A stretch of DNA of 64,000 nt from an uncultured delta proteobacterium (GCA_963761335.1 CAVXGR010000018.1:736001-800000); one strand, 5' to 3'; counted from the stretch's first letter, positions 45,724-55,369 are shown. Translations and numbers: made by a program. Notes: generated from the sequence alone by a model not told the origin.

Positions 45724-46956
45724 CTAATTCGCGGTGCGGTCGACGGCGAGCTCGCCGTCCTTGACGATGGCGACGAATCGCTCCGGTTGCTCGAGGATGG
45801 TGATGTCCGCGGTTGGATCGCCGTCGAGGAGGAGCAGGTCGGCACGCGCCCCGGGCGCGATCACCCCGAGTTCGCCTTCCTGGTTGAGGATGCGGGCGTT
45901 GACGGTGGTCGCCGACTGCAGGATCTCCATCGCCGGCAGGACCTCGGCGCGGATGCGGAACTCGCGGCTCTGCTGATCGTGCGTCTCGCCGAGCAGGTCG
46001 GTGCCGAAGCCGAGGGGGACGCCGGCGGCGCGCGCGATCTCGAGCGACGCCAGGCCGGCGTCGAGGACGTCGCGCACCTTGCGCTGGCTGACCTCGGGAA
46101 AGCCGAGGGCGTGTCCGAGCTCGTCGATCACGTAGTAGGTCACCAGCGTCGGCACCAGGAAGGCCCCCTGCGCGGCCATGAATGCCGCCGTCTCGGCGTC
46201 GATCAGGTTGCCGTGCTCGATGGTGCGCACGCCTGCGGTGACGGCGCGGCGGATGGCCTCGGGCGTGTAGGCGTGCGCCAGCGCGTAGGTGCGCCAGCTG
46301 CGCGCCTCCTCGACGATGGCGCGCATCTCCTCTTCCGAGTACTGCAGCACCCAGACCGGATCGGAGGGCGAGGCGACGCCCCCGGAGGCCATGATCTTCA
46401 CCTGGCGGGCGCCGCGCCGCAGCTCCTCGCGCGCCGCGCGGCGCACCGCGTCGACGCCGTCGGCCACGTGGCTGAAGCCGCTCGAGTAGATCGTGCAGGC
46501 ACACAGCGGCCCGTCCTGGAGAGGGCGGAAGTCGCCGTGGCCACCGGTCTGCGACAGCACCCGGCCGGAGAAGAACAGGCGCGGGCCGCGCACCAGACCG
46601 CGTTCCACCGCCTGCGCCAGTCCCCAGTCGGCGCCGCCGGCGTCGCGCACGGTGGTGAAGCCCCGGCGCAGCATGTTCTCCATGATCTGTCTCGCCTCGA
46701 GGGCGACGAGGGTGAGCGGCCTGGTGGTCATCGAGGCGAGGTTCATGCTGGTGATGGTCACGTGCACGTGCGCATCGATCAGCCCCGGCATGAGCACGCG
46801 CCCGGCACAGGGCACGACGCGGGCGCTCCCCGGCGGCAGCGGTCGATCCGACACCTCGACGATGCGGTCGCCTTCGACGCGCACCGCGGTCTCCGGGCGG
46901 AGTACGCCGGCGCCGGTGTCGAGCATGGTGCAGTTCTCAAAGAGGATCGCGGCCAT
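45724..46956 (-). CDS. Metal-dependent amidohydrolase (Xaa-Pro dipeptidase-like subgroup)
   Basis: PGLIDAHVH, GFTTVRDAGG, VKIMASGG, LAHAY, TIEHG, GFGTDL. Confidence 0.92.
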   Translation of the reverse strand: MAAILFENCTMLDTGAGVLRPETAVRVEGDRIVEVSDRPLPPGSARVVPCAGRVLMPGLIDAHVHVTITSMNLASMTTRPLTLVALEARQIMENMLRRGFTTVRDAGGADWGLAQAVERGLVRGPRLFFSGRVLSQTGGHGDFRPLQDGPLCACTIYSSGFSHVADGVDAVRRAAREELRRGARQVKIMASGGVASPSDPVWVLQYSEEEMRAIVEEARSWRTYALAHAYTPEAIRRAVTAGVRTIEHGNLIDAETAAFMAAQGAFLVPTLVTYYVIDELGHALGFPEVSQRKVRDVLDAGLASLEIARAAGVPLGFGTDLLGETHDQQSREFRIRAEVLPAMEILQSATTVNARILNQEGELGVIAPGARADLLLLDGDPTADITILEQPERFVAIVKDGELAVDRTAN

Positions 46957-47072
46957 GGGAGGAACTCTGACACAGGAAGCGGAACGCCGCCACGGGACAC
47001 CGGCGACCGGCTCCTATTCGGCGCCGGAAATCGTCAACGAAGGGAGCGGCGTCTCGTCGTCGAAAAGGTGCA

Positions 47073-47281
47073 CTGCTTCGAAAATCTATTGGGTACGCTT
47101 CGGGGACGCGTTCCCTCTCCCGCATTACTGGCGGGAGAATGCGGGGAGAGGAGACCCGCCCCCGCGGCGCGGAAGTATCATCGCAAGCGTCTAATCAGTG
47201 AATCAGGACGCCGTCCATTTTCATCGTCTGCTGGTGAGCCGAAAGGGCTCATGATGCACTGCTTCGAAAATCTGTTGGGTG
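47073..47281. repeat. Dispersed composite repeat copy B (internally deleted relative to copy A)
   Basis: Same CTGCTTCGAAAATCT(A/G)TTGGGT ends at 47073 and 47259; body matches 13785-14116 minus ~13853-13975. Confidence 0.85.
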
Positions 47282-47735
47282 AAGGGTCTGGCGCAGCCCC
47301 GGCGCTTGGCGTGGAGGCTTATCGCCCCGAAAGGGTCTGGCGCAGCCCCGGCGCTTGGCGTGGAGCTTATCGCCCCGGAGGGGCGCGGGCATGTAGCCCC
47401 GGGTGCCAACCCGGGGACCGCGTTCCGATTGCCCGGATCAGCGCCCCGGAGGGGCGCAGGCGTAGAGGCCGCGTGAATCACGTTGATGAGCTTCCCACGC
47501 ACCCAGCGGTGATCATCGGCGTACAGGCGCGACATCGACGAAATTTTGCCCGCGGCCCTGGCGGGGCGCCGATGACGGACCGCGCACTTTTCCCCGGGTT
47601 TCACCCGGGGCTACACGCCACCGCCCCTCCGGGGCGAAGGTCGCGCAGGCGAGAACCTCCAAATCTCTTGGCGGGGCAATCCCCGGCCTCATCTTCATCA
47701 TCCACTGGCGAGCCGCAAGGCTCATGATGCACTGT
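47281..47735. repeat. Tandem ~49 bp duplication + REP-like CGCCCCGGAGGGGCG/AGCCCCGGG inverted pair + third GAGCCGCAAGGCTCATGATGCACTG unit
   Basis: aagggtctggcgcagccccggcgcttggcgtgga..cttatcgccccg occurs twice; 47371-47415 pairs with 47591-47636; 47695-47734 repeats the right end of copies A/B. Confidence 0.75.
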
Positions 47736-47742
47736 TCCCATT

Positions 47743-48468
47743 TTACCGTGCGCGTTCCAGGAACTGGCGCAGTGCCGCGTTGAACTCCTCGGGCCGCTCC
47801 TCCTGCGGCGCGTGCGCGGCGTCGGCGATGGGGCACATCTCGCTCTTCGGAATCAGCTCGCCCAGCCGCACACATCCCTCGACGAGTGCCGTCGCGTCGC
47901 AGGTGCCGTAGATGATGAGAGCGGGGGCGGTGATCTGCGGCGCGCGCTCCTCAGTGCCTTGCCAGCTCATCAGTGCCCGCCATCCCGCCAGGAGAGTTTC
48001 CGGCGTCATGCGCGACATGCGCGCCATCACCTCTTCCTGGCGTTTCGGTGGCAGCGGTCGCGGCGGCTCGGGAATCTCCACCTTGTGGCCCGCGAAGCGG
48101 TACGAGGTGTCCTCCAGAATCAGCGACAACAGCTTTGCCGGGCTGCGCAGGGCGATCTCCTGGACGACGGCCCCGCCCATGGAGTGTCCGAGCAGATGGT
48201 AGCGCTCGAAGCCGACGTGCGCCGCCAGGGCTTCGACGTCGTCGGCCATGAGGTCGATGCTCATGGCGGTGGGATCGGCGGGCGCCTGGGAGTGGCCGTG
48301 GCCGCGGTTGTCGAGAACCAACAGGCGATGCGTGCGCGAGAACTCGGGAATCTGGTGGCGCCAGTCGGTGACGTCGCCGGTGAATCCATGGACGAAGACA
48401 AGGGGATCCCCGCTGGTGCCGTGCAGCTCGTAATGGAGCTTGAGGCCGTCGGGCGAGATGAAATCCAT
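47743..48468 (-). CDS. Alpha/beta fold hydrolase
   Basis: VFVHGF, DNRGHGHS, GHSMGG nucleophile elbow, AAHAPQEE. Confidence 0.9.
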   Translation of the reverse strand: MDFISPDGLKLHYELHGTSGDPLVFVHGFTGDVTDWRHQIPEFSRTHRLLVLDNRGHGHSQAPADPTAMSIDLMADDVEALAAHVGFERYHLLGHSMGGAVVQEIALRSPAKLLSLILEDTSYRFAGHKVEIPEPPRPLPPKRQEEVMARMSRMTPETLLAGWRALMSWQGTEERAPQITAPALIIYGTCDATALVEGCVRLGELIPKSEMCPIADAAHAPQEERPEEFNAALRQFLERAR

Positions 48469-48510
48469 GCGCGCACATGGCGCAGAGGCTGGCGCCGGTC
48501 AAGCCGGGAT

Positions 48511-48647
48511 GGCTCAGTATCTCTGTGACTCGGTGGCTCGGTATCTCGCTGGGTTGGGTACCGGGTTGTCGGGTTAGCGGGTTAGTGAGTTGGGCGTTGC
48601 GGATCATCCAAACCCGCAAACTCGACAACCCGACAACCGAGCCACCG
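48511..48647. repeat. 8 bp-periodic inverted repeat (GGCTCGGT / ACCGAGCC family)
   Basis: ggctcagtatctctgtgactcggtggctcggt...gggttgtcgggtt...aacccgacaaccgagccaccg. Confidence 0.7.
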
Positions 48648-48696
48648 TTCCGCTCCGCTTGCCGCCGCTGGGGTTTTGTTTCATCCTTGGCGCTCT

Positions 48697-49797
48697 ATGG
48701 TCGTTCTTTCCGATATTGCCGAGGTGGCGGCGGCGCCGAGGGTGCGCCGTTTCGGCGCCGATCTGCCGGCGCGCTTCGCCGGGCTGGAGGCGGAGTATCG
48801 GGCGGTTCGCCAGAACGCCGGCGTCTACGATGCGTCGTTTCGCCAATGGCTGCGGGCCGTCGGCGATGACCGCGTCGACTTCATGCAGGGCATGCTCAGC
48901 AACGACGTTCGCGCCCTGCGCCCGGGCGGCGGCACCTACGCTACGCTGCTCACCCAGCAGGGGAAGATCGTCTCCGACCTGCGCGTCTACGCGGCCGAGG
49001 ATCATCTGCTGCTCGATCTGCCGTCGATCGCGGCGGCGGCGGCGCGGGCGGCGCTCGAGAAGCTGATCGTCGCCGACGATGTCGAGCTCGAGCCGCTGGA
49101 GCTGGTGCTGCTGGGCATCGAGGGGCCACGCTTTGCCGAGATCCTGCAGCAGAGCGGCGCCGCGGTGCCGCCTGGCGACGGCCTTGCCTGGAATGAGACC
49201 GCGATCGGCGGCGTGCCCGTGCGCCTGGCGCTGGCGAGCCACAGCGGCGAGGTGGGGGCACTGCTCGGCTGCGCGCCCGCGGACGCCGCCGCCGTATGGG
49301 CGGCGCTGCGCCGGGCAGGCGCCGAGCCCGTGGGCGCGGAGGCTCTCGATGCCCTGCGCATCGAGGCCGGCGTCCCCTGGATGGGCGTCGACATGGACGA
49401 CGGCGTGCTGGTGATGGAGGCGGGTCTCGCGGGCGCCGTCAGCTTCACGAAGGGCTGCTATCTGGGACAGGAGGTGGTCGAGCGCGTCTCGGCGCGCGGG
49501 CACGTCAACCGTCGCCGCGCCGGCCTGGAGATCCCCAGCGGCGACGTGCAGTCCGGGGCGGCGCTCTTCGTCGAGGCGCGGGATGTCGGCCACCTCACCA
49601 GCGTGGCACGCGTTCCCGGTCGCCGCGGCTCCATCGGCATGGGATACGTGCGGCGCGAGCACCTCGATCCCGGCACCGAGCTCGAGGTGGGGAGCCCGGG
49701 GAGCGGCGTGCGGGCCCGCCTGGCGCCCTTGCCCTTCCACTCCGTTCCCGCCACAAAGGGCTGGCCGGACGTGCGGCCGCCCGCCGCCGGAGGCTGA
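48697..49797 (+). CDS. ygfZ: YgfZ/GcvT-family folate-binding protein
   Basis: SFTKGCYLGQEVV signature; FMQGMLSNDV; LRIEAGVP. Confidence 0.88.
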   Translation: MVVLSDIAEVAAAPRVRRFGADLPARFAGLEAEYRAVRQNAGVYDASFRQWLRAVGDDRVDFMQGMLSNDVRALRPGGGTYATLLTQQGKIVSDLRVYAAEDHLLLDLPSIAAAAARAALEKLIVADDVELEPLELVLLGIEGPRFAEILQQSGAAVPPGDGLAWNETAIGGVPVRLALASHSGEVGALLGCAPADAAAVWAALRRAGAEPVGAEALDALRIEAGVPWMGVDMDDGVLVMEAGLAGAVSFTKGCYLGQEVVERVSARGHVNRRRAGLEIPSGDVQSGAALFVEARDVGHLTSVARVPGRRGSIGMGYVRREHLDPGTELEVGSPGSGVRARLAPLPFHSVPATKGWPDVRPPAAGG

Positions 49798-49816
49798 GAA
49801 GCGAGGGGGAACGCTC

Positions 49817-49960
49817 ATGGCGAATCAACTGGGCAAACGCTACATCTGTGAGACCTGCGGCACCGAGGCGCTCTGCAACAAGCCGGGCGCCGGCACCGCC
49901 ACCTGCTGCGGCCAGGAGATGAAATTGAAGGAGGCCAAGCCGCTGCCGTCGTCCGACTGA
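49817..49960 (+). CDS. Desulforedoxin-like iron-binding microprotein 1 (47 aa)
   Basis: GAGGGG RBS; MANQLGKRYICETCGTEALCNKPGAGTATCCGQEM: CxxC...CCG pattern. Confidence 0.8.
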   Translation: MANQLGKRYICETCGTEALCNKPGAGTATCCGQEMKLKEAKPLPSSD

Positions 49961-49979
49961 GGCGGCGAGCGCAGGCGAC

Positions 49980-50723
49980 ATGAAGCGCGCCCCCGCCGTC
50001 ATCTATGACAAGCAGCGCCAGGTCGGCGTCATCTCCCTCAACCGTCCGCATGTCCTGAACGCCTACGACGTCGCCATGCGCGACGCGCTCCACGAGGCCC
50101 TGGGCGCGGTGCGCGACGATTCGGAGGTGCGCGCCGTCATCCTGCGCGGCAACGGCCCGGCCTTCTCGACGGGGGGCGATCTCTCCGAGTTCGGCTCGGC
50201 GCCGTCGCCGGTGGCGGCGCGGCAGGCGCGCTGGGGACGGGACGTCTGGGGGATCCTGCGGCGTTTGCCGAAGCCGACGATCGCCGCGGTGCACGGCTAC
50301 GCGGTCGGCGGCGGCTGGGAGATGGCGATGCTCTGCGATCTCCGCATCGCCAGCGCCGAGACGTGCTTCGCTCTGCCGGAGACCGGCCTCGGCATGATTC
50401 CGGGCGTGGGCGGGACGCAGACCGCGGCGCGCCTGGGAGGGGAGGGCCGCGCCCTCGACTGGGTGCTCACCGGCCGCTGGCTGGACGCGCGCCAGGCGCT
50501 GCGCCTGGGCATGGTCACGCGCGTCGTGGCGCGATCGCGGCTCGAGGCGACCGCGTTCGGCCTGGCGCGGCGGCTGGCCTCGATGAGCGCCTCTGTGATC
50601 TCCGCCAGCAAGCGGGCGGTACGCGAAGGGCGCGACCTGTCGCTGGTGGCAGGGCTGGCCCTCGAACGGCGACTCGCGGCAGCGCCGGCCGCCGATCCCC
50701 AGGAGCGCGAAAGGACCATATGA
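49980..50723 (+). CDS. Enoyl-CoA hydratase/isomerase family protein
   Basis: LNRPHVLNA, AFSTGGDL, AVHGYAVGGGWEMA..CDLRIA, PETGLGMIPGVGGTQ. Confidence 0.9.
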   Translation: MKRAPAVIYDKQRQVGVISLNRPHVLNAYDVAMRDALHEALGAVRDDSEVRAVILRGNGPAFSTGGDLSEFGSAPSPVAARQARWGRDVWGILRRLPKPTIAAVHGYAVGGGWEMAMLCDLRIASAETCFALPETGLGMIPGVGGTQTAARLGGEGRALDWVLTGRWLDARQALRLGMVTRVVARSRLEATAFGLARRLASMSASVISASKRAVREGRDLSLVAGLALERRLAAAPAADPQERERTI

Positions 50724-52270
50724 ATACCTCGAACTTCGTCGGCATCCCGGCACAGCTGTTTGCCGAGCAGGAGATCCTCGTCTTCGAGTCGGCGCGGCTC
50801 ACCTACGGGGAGCTCTGGGACCGCATCCAGCGCACCGCCGCCGCCCTGCACGATCTCGGAGTCGGGTGCGGCGACCGCGTCGCCGTGCTGCAGACCAACT
50901 CGCATCAGTACGTGGAGTCCTACTTCGCCGTCGCCGCTCTCGGAGCCGTCTTCGTGCCGGTCAACTACCGCGCCAAGCTGCCCGAGCTGGAGCACATGCT
51001 CGGCTCGGCGCACACCAAGGTGGTGATCGTCGGCGACCGTTACGCGGAGATGGTCGAGAGCTTGCGGCCGCAGCTGCCGAGCGTCGAGTCGGTGGTGACC
51101 ATGGAGCACCCGCGGGCGGGGATGCCGCACCTGGAGGATCTGGTGCAGCGGTCGGCGCCACATGCCGTGGAAGAGGAGACGGACGACGAGGAGACCACCA
51201 TCCTCATGTACACCAGCGGCACCACGGCTCTGCCCAAGGGCGTGATGCTGACCCACAACGACTTCACCGCCTACGTCTGCGGCAACGTCGAGCTGGCAGA
51301 CGGTACGCCTCGCGGCGCCGCCTTGCTCTGCGTGCCCCTCTATCACATCGCCGGCGCCACCAACGTCATGTCGACGCTGTTCACCGGCCGCAAGCTGGTG
51401 CTCCTCCGGCAGTTCGAGGCGCGCGAGTGGCTCGAGGCGGTGGAGAGGGAACGCATCACCCATGCCTTCGTGGTGCCGACGATGATGAAGCAGATCATCG
51501 ACCATCCGGACTTCGCCCGGCGCGATCTGAGCAGCCTCCAGTCGCTGTCGTACGGCGGCGCCACCATGCCGTTTCCGGTCATTCGGCGCGCCGTGGAGCT
51601 GTTCCCGAAGACGGTCGGCTTCGTCAACGCCTTCGGGCAGACGGAAACCACTTCGACCTTGACGCTCCTTGGCCCCGACGATCACCGCCTGGACGGAGCG
51701 CCCGAGGAGGTGGAGCGCAACCTGCGCCGGCTGGTGTCGATCGGGCGGCCGCTTCCCGATGTCGAGGTGCGGGTCGTCGACGACGACGGTGCGGTGGTGC
51801 CGGCGGGGACGGTCGGCGAGCTCTGGGTGCGCACGCCGCGCGTCATGAAGGGGTACGCGTCGGCCAACGGCGCCAGCTCGCCGCTCCAGGCCGACGGCTG
51901 GCTCCCCACCCGCGACATGGGCTGGATCGATCCCGACGGCTATATCTTTCTCGCCGGGCGCAAGGACGACATGATCATCCGCGGCGGCGAGAACATCGCC
52001 CCGGCGGAGATCGAGGCGGTCCTCTACTCGCATCCGTCGATCGAAGAGGCGGCGGTGATCGGCGTCGCCGACGCGGAATGGGGGCAGCGGGTCGCCGCGG
52101 TGATCGTGGCGCGTCCCGGGGCGGTGTTGGATACCGGTGAGGTGCAGGAGTTCTGCCGTCGGCGCCTCGCTTCCTTCAAGAAGCCGGAGGTGGTGCGCAT
52201 CGTCGAGTCCCTGCCGAAGAATCCCATGGGCAAGATCCTCAAGCGCGAGCTGCGCCAGATGGTGGCGTAG
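50720..52270 (+). CDS. Long-chain fatty acid--CoA ligase
   Basis: LMYTSGTTALPKG, AFGQTET, TRDMG, GRKDDMIIRGGENI, PKNPMGKI. Confidence 0.92.
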   Translation: MNTSNFVGIPAQLFAEQEILVFESARLTYGELWDRIQRTAAALHDLGVGCGDRVAVLQTNSHQYVESYFAVAALGAVFVPVNYRAKLPELEHMLGSAHTKVVIVGDRYAEMVESLRPQLPSVESVVTMEHPRAGMPHLEDLVQRSAPHAVEEETDDEETTILMYTSGTTALPKGVMLTHNDFTAYVCGNVELADGTPRGAALLCVPLYHIAGATNVMSTLFTGRKLVLLRQFEAREWLEAVERERITHAFVVPTMMKQIIDHPDFARRDLSSLQSLSYGGATMPFPVIRRAVELFPKTVGFVNAFGQTETTSTLTLLGPDDHRLDGAPEEVERNLRRLVSIGRPLPDVEVRVVDDDGAVVPAGTVGELWVRTPRVMKGYASANGASSPLQADGWLPTRDMGWIDPDGYIFLAGRKDDMIIRGGENIAPAEIEAVLYSHPSIEEAAVIGVADAEWGQRVAAVIVARPGAVLDTGEVQEFCRRRLASFKKPEVVRIVESLPKNPMGKILKRELRQMVA

Positions 52271-53055
52271 TGCCCGCTCGCCCGGGCGCGAAATCCGACA
52301 TCGAGCCGCGGCCGCCGCGATCCGGTCTGCACACGGCGGCGCGCGATGGGGTTGCCTGGTGGACGATCGATTGCCGCGGCGGCGGCGGCCGACTCTCGGC
52401 GGCGACGGCACAGGAGCTGGTGCGCGCCTGCGAAGAGACGTGTCTCGACGACCATGTCGCCGTCGTGGTCCTGTGTTCGGCGGGAAGCGACTTCTGTCTC
52501 GGCTTCGAAGAGGAGCGGGACGGCCAGGGTCTCGACTGCGTGGCGGCGGTGGCGGCGCTTCCGCAAGCCGTGGTGGCGGTGATTCGAGGCCGCGCGGTGG
52601 ATGAAGGTGCGGAGCTGGCGCTCGCCTGCGACATGCGACTGGCGGGGCGGGGCGCTTCGCTGGCGCTGACCCAGATCGGCAGAGGTCGCCTGCCCCGGCA
52701 CGGCGGCACACAGCGCCTGCCGCGGCTGGTCGGCGAAGGGCGGGCCCTGGATCTCCTGTGGAGCGGACGTCCGCTGCGCGCCGCCGAGGCGGAGCGCATC
52801 GGCCTGGTGAGTCGGATCGCCCCGGATGCGCAGCTGCGCGCCGCGGCGCTGGGTCTGGCGCGCGAGCTGCGCCGCAAGGGGCCGCTGGCGCTGCGGCTCG
52901 CCAAGGAAGCCGTGCGGCAGGCCGGCGATCTGACTCTCGATCAGGGAATGCGACTGGAGCACGACCTCTACGTGCTGTTGCAGACGACGGCGGATCGTGC
53001 TGAAGGAGTACGCGCCTTCTGCGCGCGGCGAACGCCGCGTTTCCGCGGCAGATGA
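52270..53055 (+). CDS. Enoyl-CoA hydratase/isomerase-like protein (degenerate)
   Basis: GAELALACDMR, GGTQRLPRLVG, AERIGLV, EGVRAF..RRTPRFRG. Confidence 0.82.
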   Translation: MPARPGAKSDIEPRPPRSGLHTAARDGVAWWTIDCRGGGGRLSAATAQELVRACEETCLDDHVAVVVLCSAGSDFCLGFEEERDGQGLDCVAAVAALPQAVVAVIRGRAVDEGAELALACDMRLAGRGASLALTQIGRGRLPRHGGTQRLPRLVGEGRALDLLWSGRPLRAAEAERIGLVSRIAPDAQLRAAALGLARELRRKGPLALRLAKEAVRQAGDLTLDQGMRLEHDLYVLLQTTADRAEGVRAFCARRTPRFRGR

Positions 53056-53110
53056 GCGACGCGGCGAAGCGGTGAAGGAGAGAACGGCTCGGATGAAAGA
53101 GGCTCGATCG

Positions 53111-53230
53111 ATGGCGAATCAGCTCGGCAAGATCTACATCTGCGGCAAGTGCGGATCGCAGTTCATCGTCACCAAGGGAGGTGACGGCACCCTCACGTGT
53201 TGCGGCCAGCCGCTGGAGCAGAAGAAGTAG
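53111..53230 (+). CDS. Desulforedoxin-like iron-binding microprotein 2 (39 aa)
   Basis: GAGG RBS; MANQLGKIYICGKCGSQFIVTKGGDGTLTCCGQPL. Confidence 0.8.
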   Translation: MANQLGKIYICGKCGSQFIVTKGGDGTLTCCGQPLEQKK

Positions 53231-54395
53231 CGGCGGGAGGCGCCTCGGAATCGATCTGGCGCAGCGCCGCCAGGACGAACTCCACCTCGAGGTCGAGAGC
53301 GCGTCCGTCGAGGCGGTCGCGCGTGTCGCTTGCCGAGTAGAGGCCCGGCACGGCGACGGCGCCACCGCGGCTCGAGGCCAGGCAGATCGACGGGATACCG
53401 GCCGCCATGAAGCTCTGCGCGTCGCTGGTGATCGGCTGCGGGTCGGGGAATATGCCGCGACCCGTCACCCGGCGGTAGGCGCGGTCGAGAGTCCGCATCA
53501 ACACTCCCGAGGCGTCGTCGCGCCGCAGCCAGGAGCGGTCGCTGGTGAAGTAGCGCATGTCGATGCCGGCGCCGAAGATCTCGGCGTTGACGTAGTAGGT
53601 GGGATGCGGCTCGGCCTGCGGGCGCGTGTCGCGGACGTACTGCCAGGACCCTTGAAGGCCCACCTCCTCGCCGGAAAACAGCGCGATCTTGACGTCGGTG
53701 TGCGCCAGGTCGACGGTGCCGTCGCCGAGCGCCTCAGCGGCCTTCAGGAGGACGCCGACCGCGGCTCCGTCGTCGAGGGCGCCGGGGCTGGGTTGCGAGA
53801 CGAACATGCCGCCGGCCAGGGAGAGGAAGAGGCCGGCGTAGTAGAGCGCCAGCACCGCCGCGAAGAAGTCGACCGTCTCCAGGGTGGCCCCGTGCCGGTG
53901 ACGCCGCCAGCCGCTGAAGGCCGTAGCGACGGTGAGGATCAGCATCGGCGCCAGGAGAAACTGCAGAGGCGCCCGCCAGGACCGCGGCAGCAGGTCCGTC
54001 TCGGTGTCGTAATGGGCACCGAGGATGACCGTCTGCGTCGCCTCGCTCGCCGGGAGGGAGAGCACGATGTTCTGTTCCGGAACGGAGTGGACGGCGCTCA
54101 AGAGGGGCGTATGGAACTGGAGCTCCAGCAGGAGATACGCTGGCAGAAAGAGCCCGAGGAGCAGGGCCCAGCCGAAGCGCCGCCGCCAGATGGCCGCTGC
54201 CAGCCCGAGCCCGGCGACCAGCGCCACGATTCCGGCGATCGAGTGCAGGTAGGGGCGACAGGTGAACTGGTGCACGACGACGTCGGCGCCGGTGGCGCGG
54301 GCGGCGCGCTCGAGCCAGGTGCCCACCTGGTCGAGGGCCGCCGAGCCGTTCTCGCGCGGCATCAGGATGGCGTCGAAGATCTCGTTGAAGGTCAT
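53193..54395 (-). CDS. M28 family membrane metallopeptidase
   Basis: ILGAHYDT, GALDDGAAV, FSGEEVGLQGS, TSDAQSF; several TM segments; start taken at MTFNEI. Confidence 0.8.
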   Translation of the reverse strand: MTFNEIFDAILMPRENGSAALDQVGTWLERAARATGADVVVHQFTCRPYLHSIAGIVALVAGLGLAAAIWRRRFGWALLLGLFLPAYLLLELQFHTPLLSAVHSVPEQNIVLSLPASEATQTVILGAHYDTETDLLPRSWRAPLQFLLAPMLILTVATAFSGWRRHRHGATLETVDFFAAVLALYYAGLFLSLAGGMFVSQPSPGALDDGAAVGVLLKAAEALGDGTVDLAHTDVKIALFSGEEVGLQGSWQYVRDTRPQAEPHPTYYVNAEIFGAGIDMRYFTSDRSWLRRDDASGVLMRTLDRAYRRVTGRGIFPDPQPITSDAQSFMAAGIPSICLASSRGGAVAVPGLYSASDTRDRLDGRALDLEVEFVLAALRQIDSEAPPAATSSAPAAGRNT

Positions 54396-54482
54396 GGTCT
54401 GCGGCGGCTTTACCAGAAGATCCCGAGGCTGGCGAATGGGGCGATTGCGCGGGCGCCGCTTTCGGTGTTTACGGCTGGGGAG

Positions 54483-55148
54483 ATGGAAGTGAACGCGGCA
54501 GCCGAAAGCCACCTACCGACGCGGCTCGCCGTCCTGCTCTCGGGCGGCGGCACGACGCTGCAGAACCTGCTCGACCGCATCGCCGGGAGGCGGCTGGCGG
54601 CGGCGGTGTCGGTGGTCATCGCCTCGCGGCGCGGCGCTGCCGGCGAGGAGCGGGCGCGCCGTGCCGGGGTGCCCGCCGCCGTTGTGCCGCGCGCCGAGTT
54701 CGCCGACGTCGACCGCTTCAACGACGCCCTGCACGCCGAGCTCGAGCGGCACGCCTTCGACCTCATCGTGCTCGCCGGCTTCCTCTCGCCCTTTCAGCTT
54801 CGCGGCCGCTACCGCGGCCGGGTGCTCAACATCCACCCGGCGCTGGTCCCCGCCTTTTCCGGCAAGGGCTACTACGGGCGCCGCGTTCACGAGGCGGTGC
54901 TGCGCTCGGGCGCCCGCGTCAGCGGCTGCACGGTGCACTTCGCCGACGACGAGTACGACCACGGCCCGATCATTCTCCAGGGCGTGGTGCCGGTCCTCGA
55001 CGACGACACCCCGGCCACCCTGGCCACGCGAGTGCACCTGCTGGAAAACGAGCTCTACCCGGAGGCCATCCGCCTCTTCGGAGAGGGCCGCCTGTTGCGG
55101 GACGGACAGCGGGTCAGAATCCTGCCGCAGCACCCGGCCCGCGGGTAG
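54483..55148 (+). CDS. purN: Phosphoribosylglycinamide formyltransferase
   Basis: AVLLSGGGTTLQ, VLAGFL, LNIHPAL, SGCTVHF..EYDHGPII. Confidence 0.93.
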   Translation: MEVNAAAESHLPTRLAVLLSGGGTTLQNLLDRIAGRRLAAAVSVVIASRRGAAGEERARRAGVPAAVVPRAEFADVDRFNDALHAELERHAFDLIVLAGFLSPFQLRGRYRGRVLNIHPALVPAFSGKGYYGRRVHEAVLRSGARVSGCTVHFADDEYDHGPIILQGVVPVLDDDTPATLATRVHLLENELYPEAIRLFGEGRLLRDGQRVRILPQHPARG

Positions 55149-55150
55149 AC

Positions 55151-55272
55151 GAGGCTGTCTCAAAACCCGGGCAAAACGATTCCGCCGGCCCGCCGGCCAA
55201 GGTAGAAGCGGCGTCTCGCCGCTTCGGAAAGCGCCGGGACGGCGCTTCTACTCCAGTTTTGAGACAAGCCTC
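55151..55272. mobile_element. MITE-like element with IS-type terminal inverted repeats enclosing a REP doublet
   Basis: GAGGCTGTCTCAAAAC (55151-55166) / GTTTTGAGACAAGCCTC (55256-55272); internal GTAGAAGCGGCGTCTCGCCGCTT..AAGCGCCGGGACGGCGCTTCTAC. Confidence 0.7.
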
Positions 55273-55369
55273 AGCCCCCCGGGGATGAGAACCGGGAAGG
55301 ACGGGGGAAACCGAGCATGGCGGCGCCGGCTGCCCCCATTGCCAGGCAGCACTCCGATGCTGGCCCTCC

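Noticed and set aside
50297..53365. 1022 aa minus-strand ORF
   Set aside because: Arg/Pro-rich shadow of the ligase/crotonase genes
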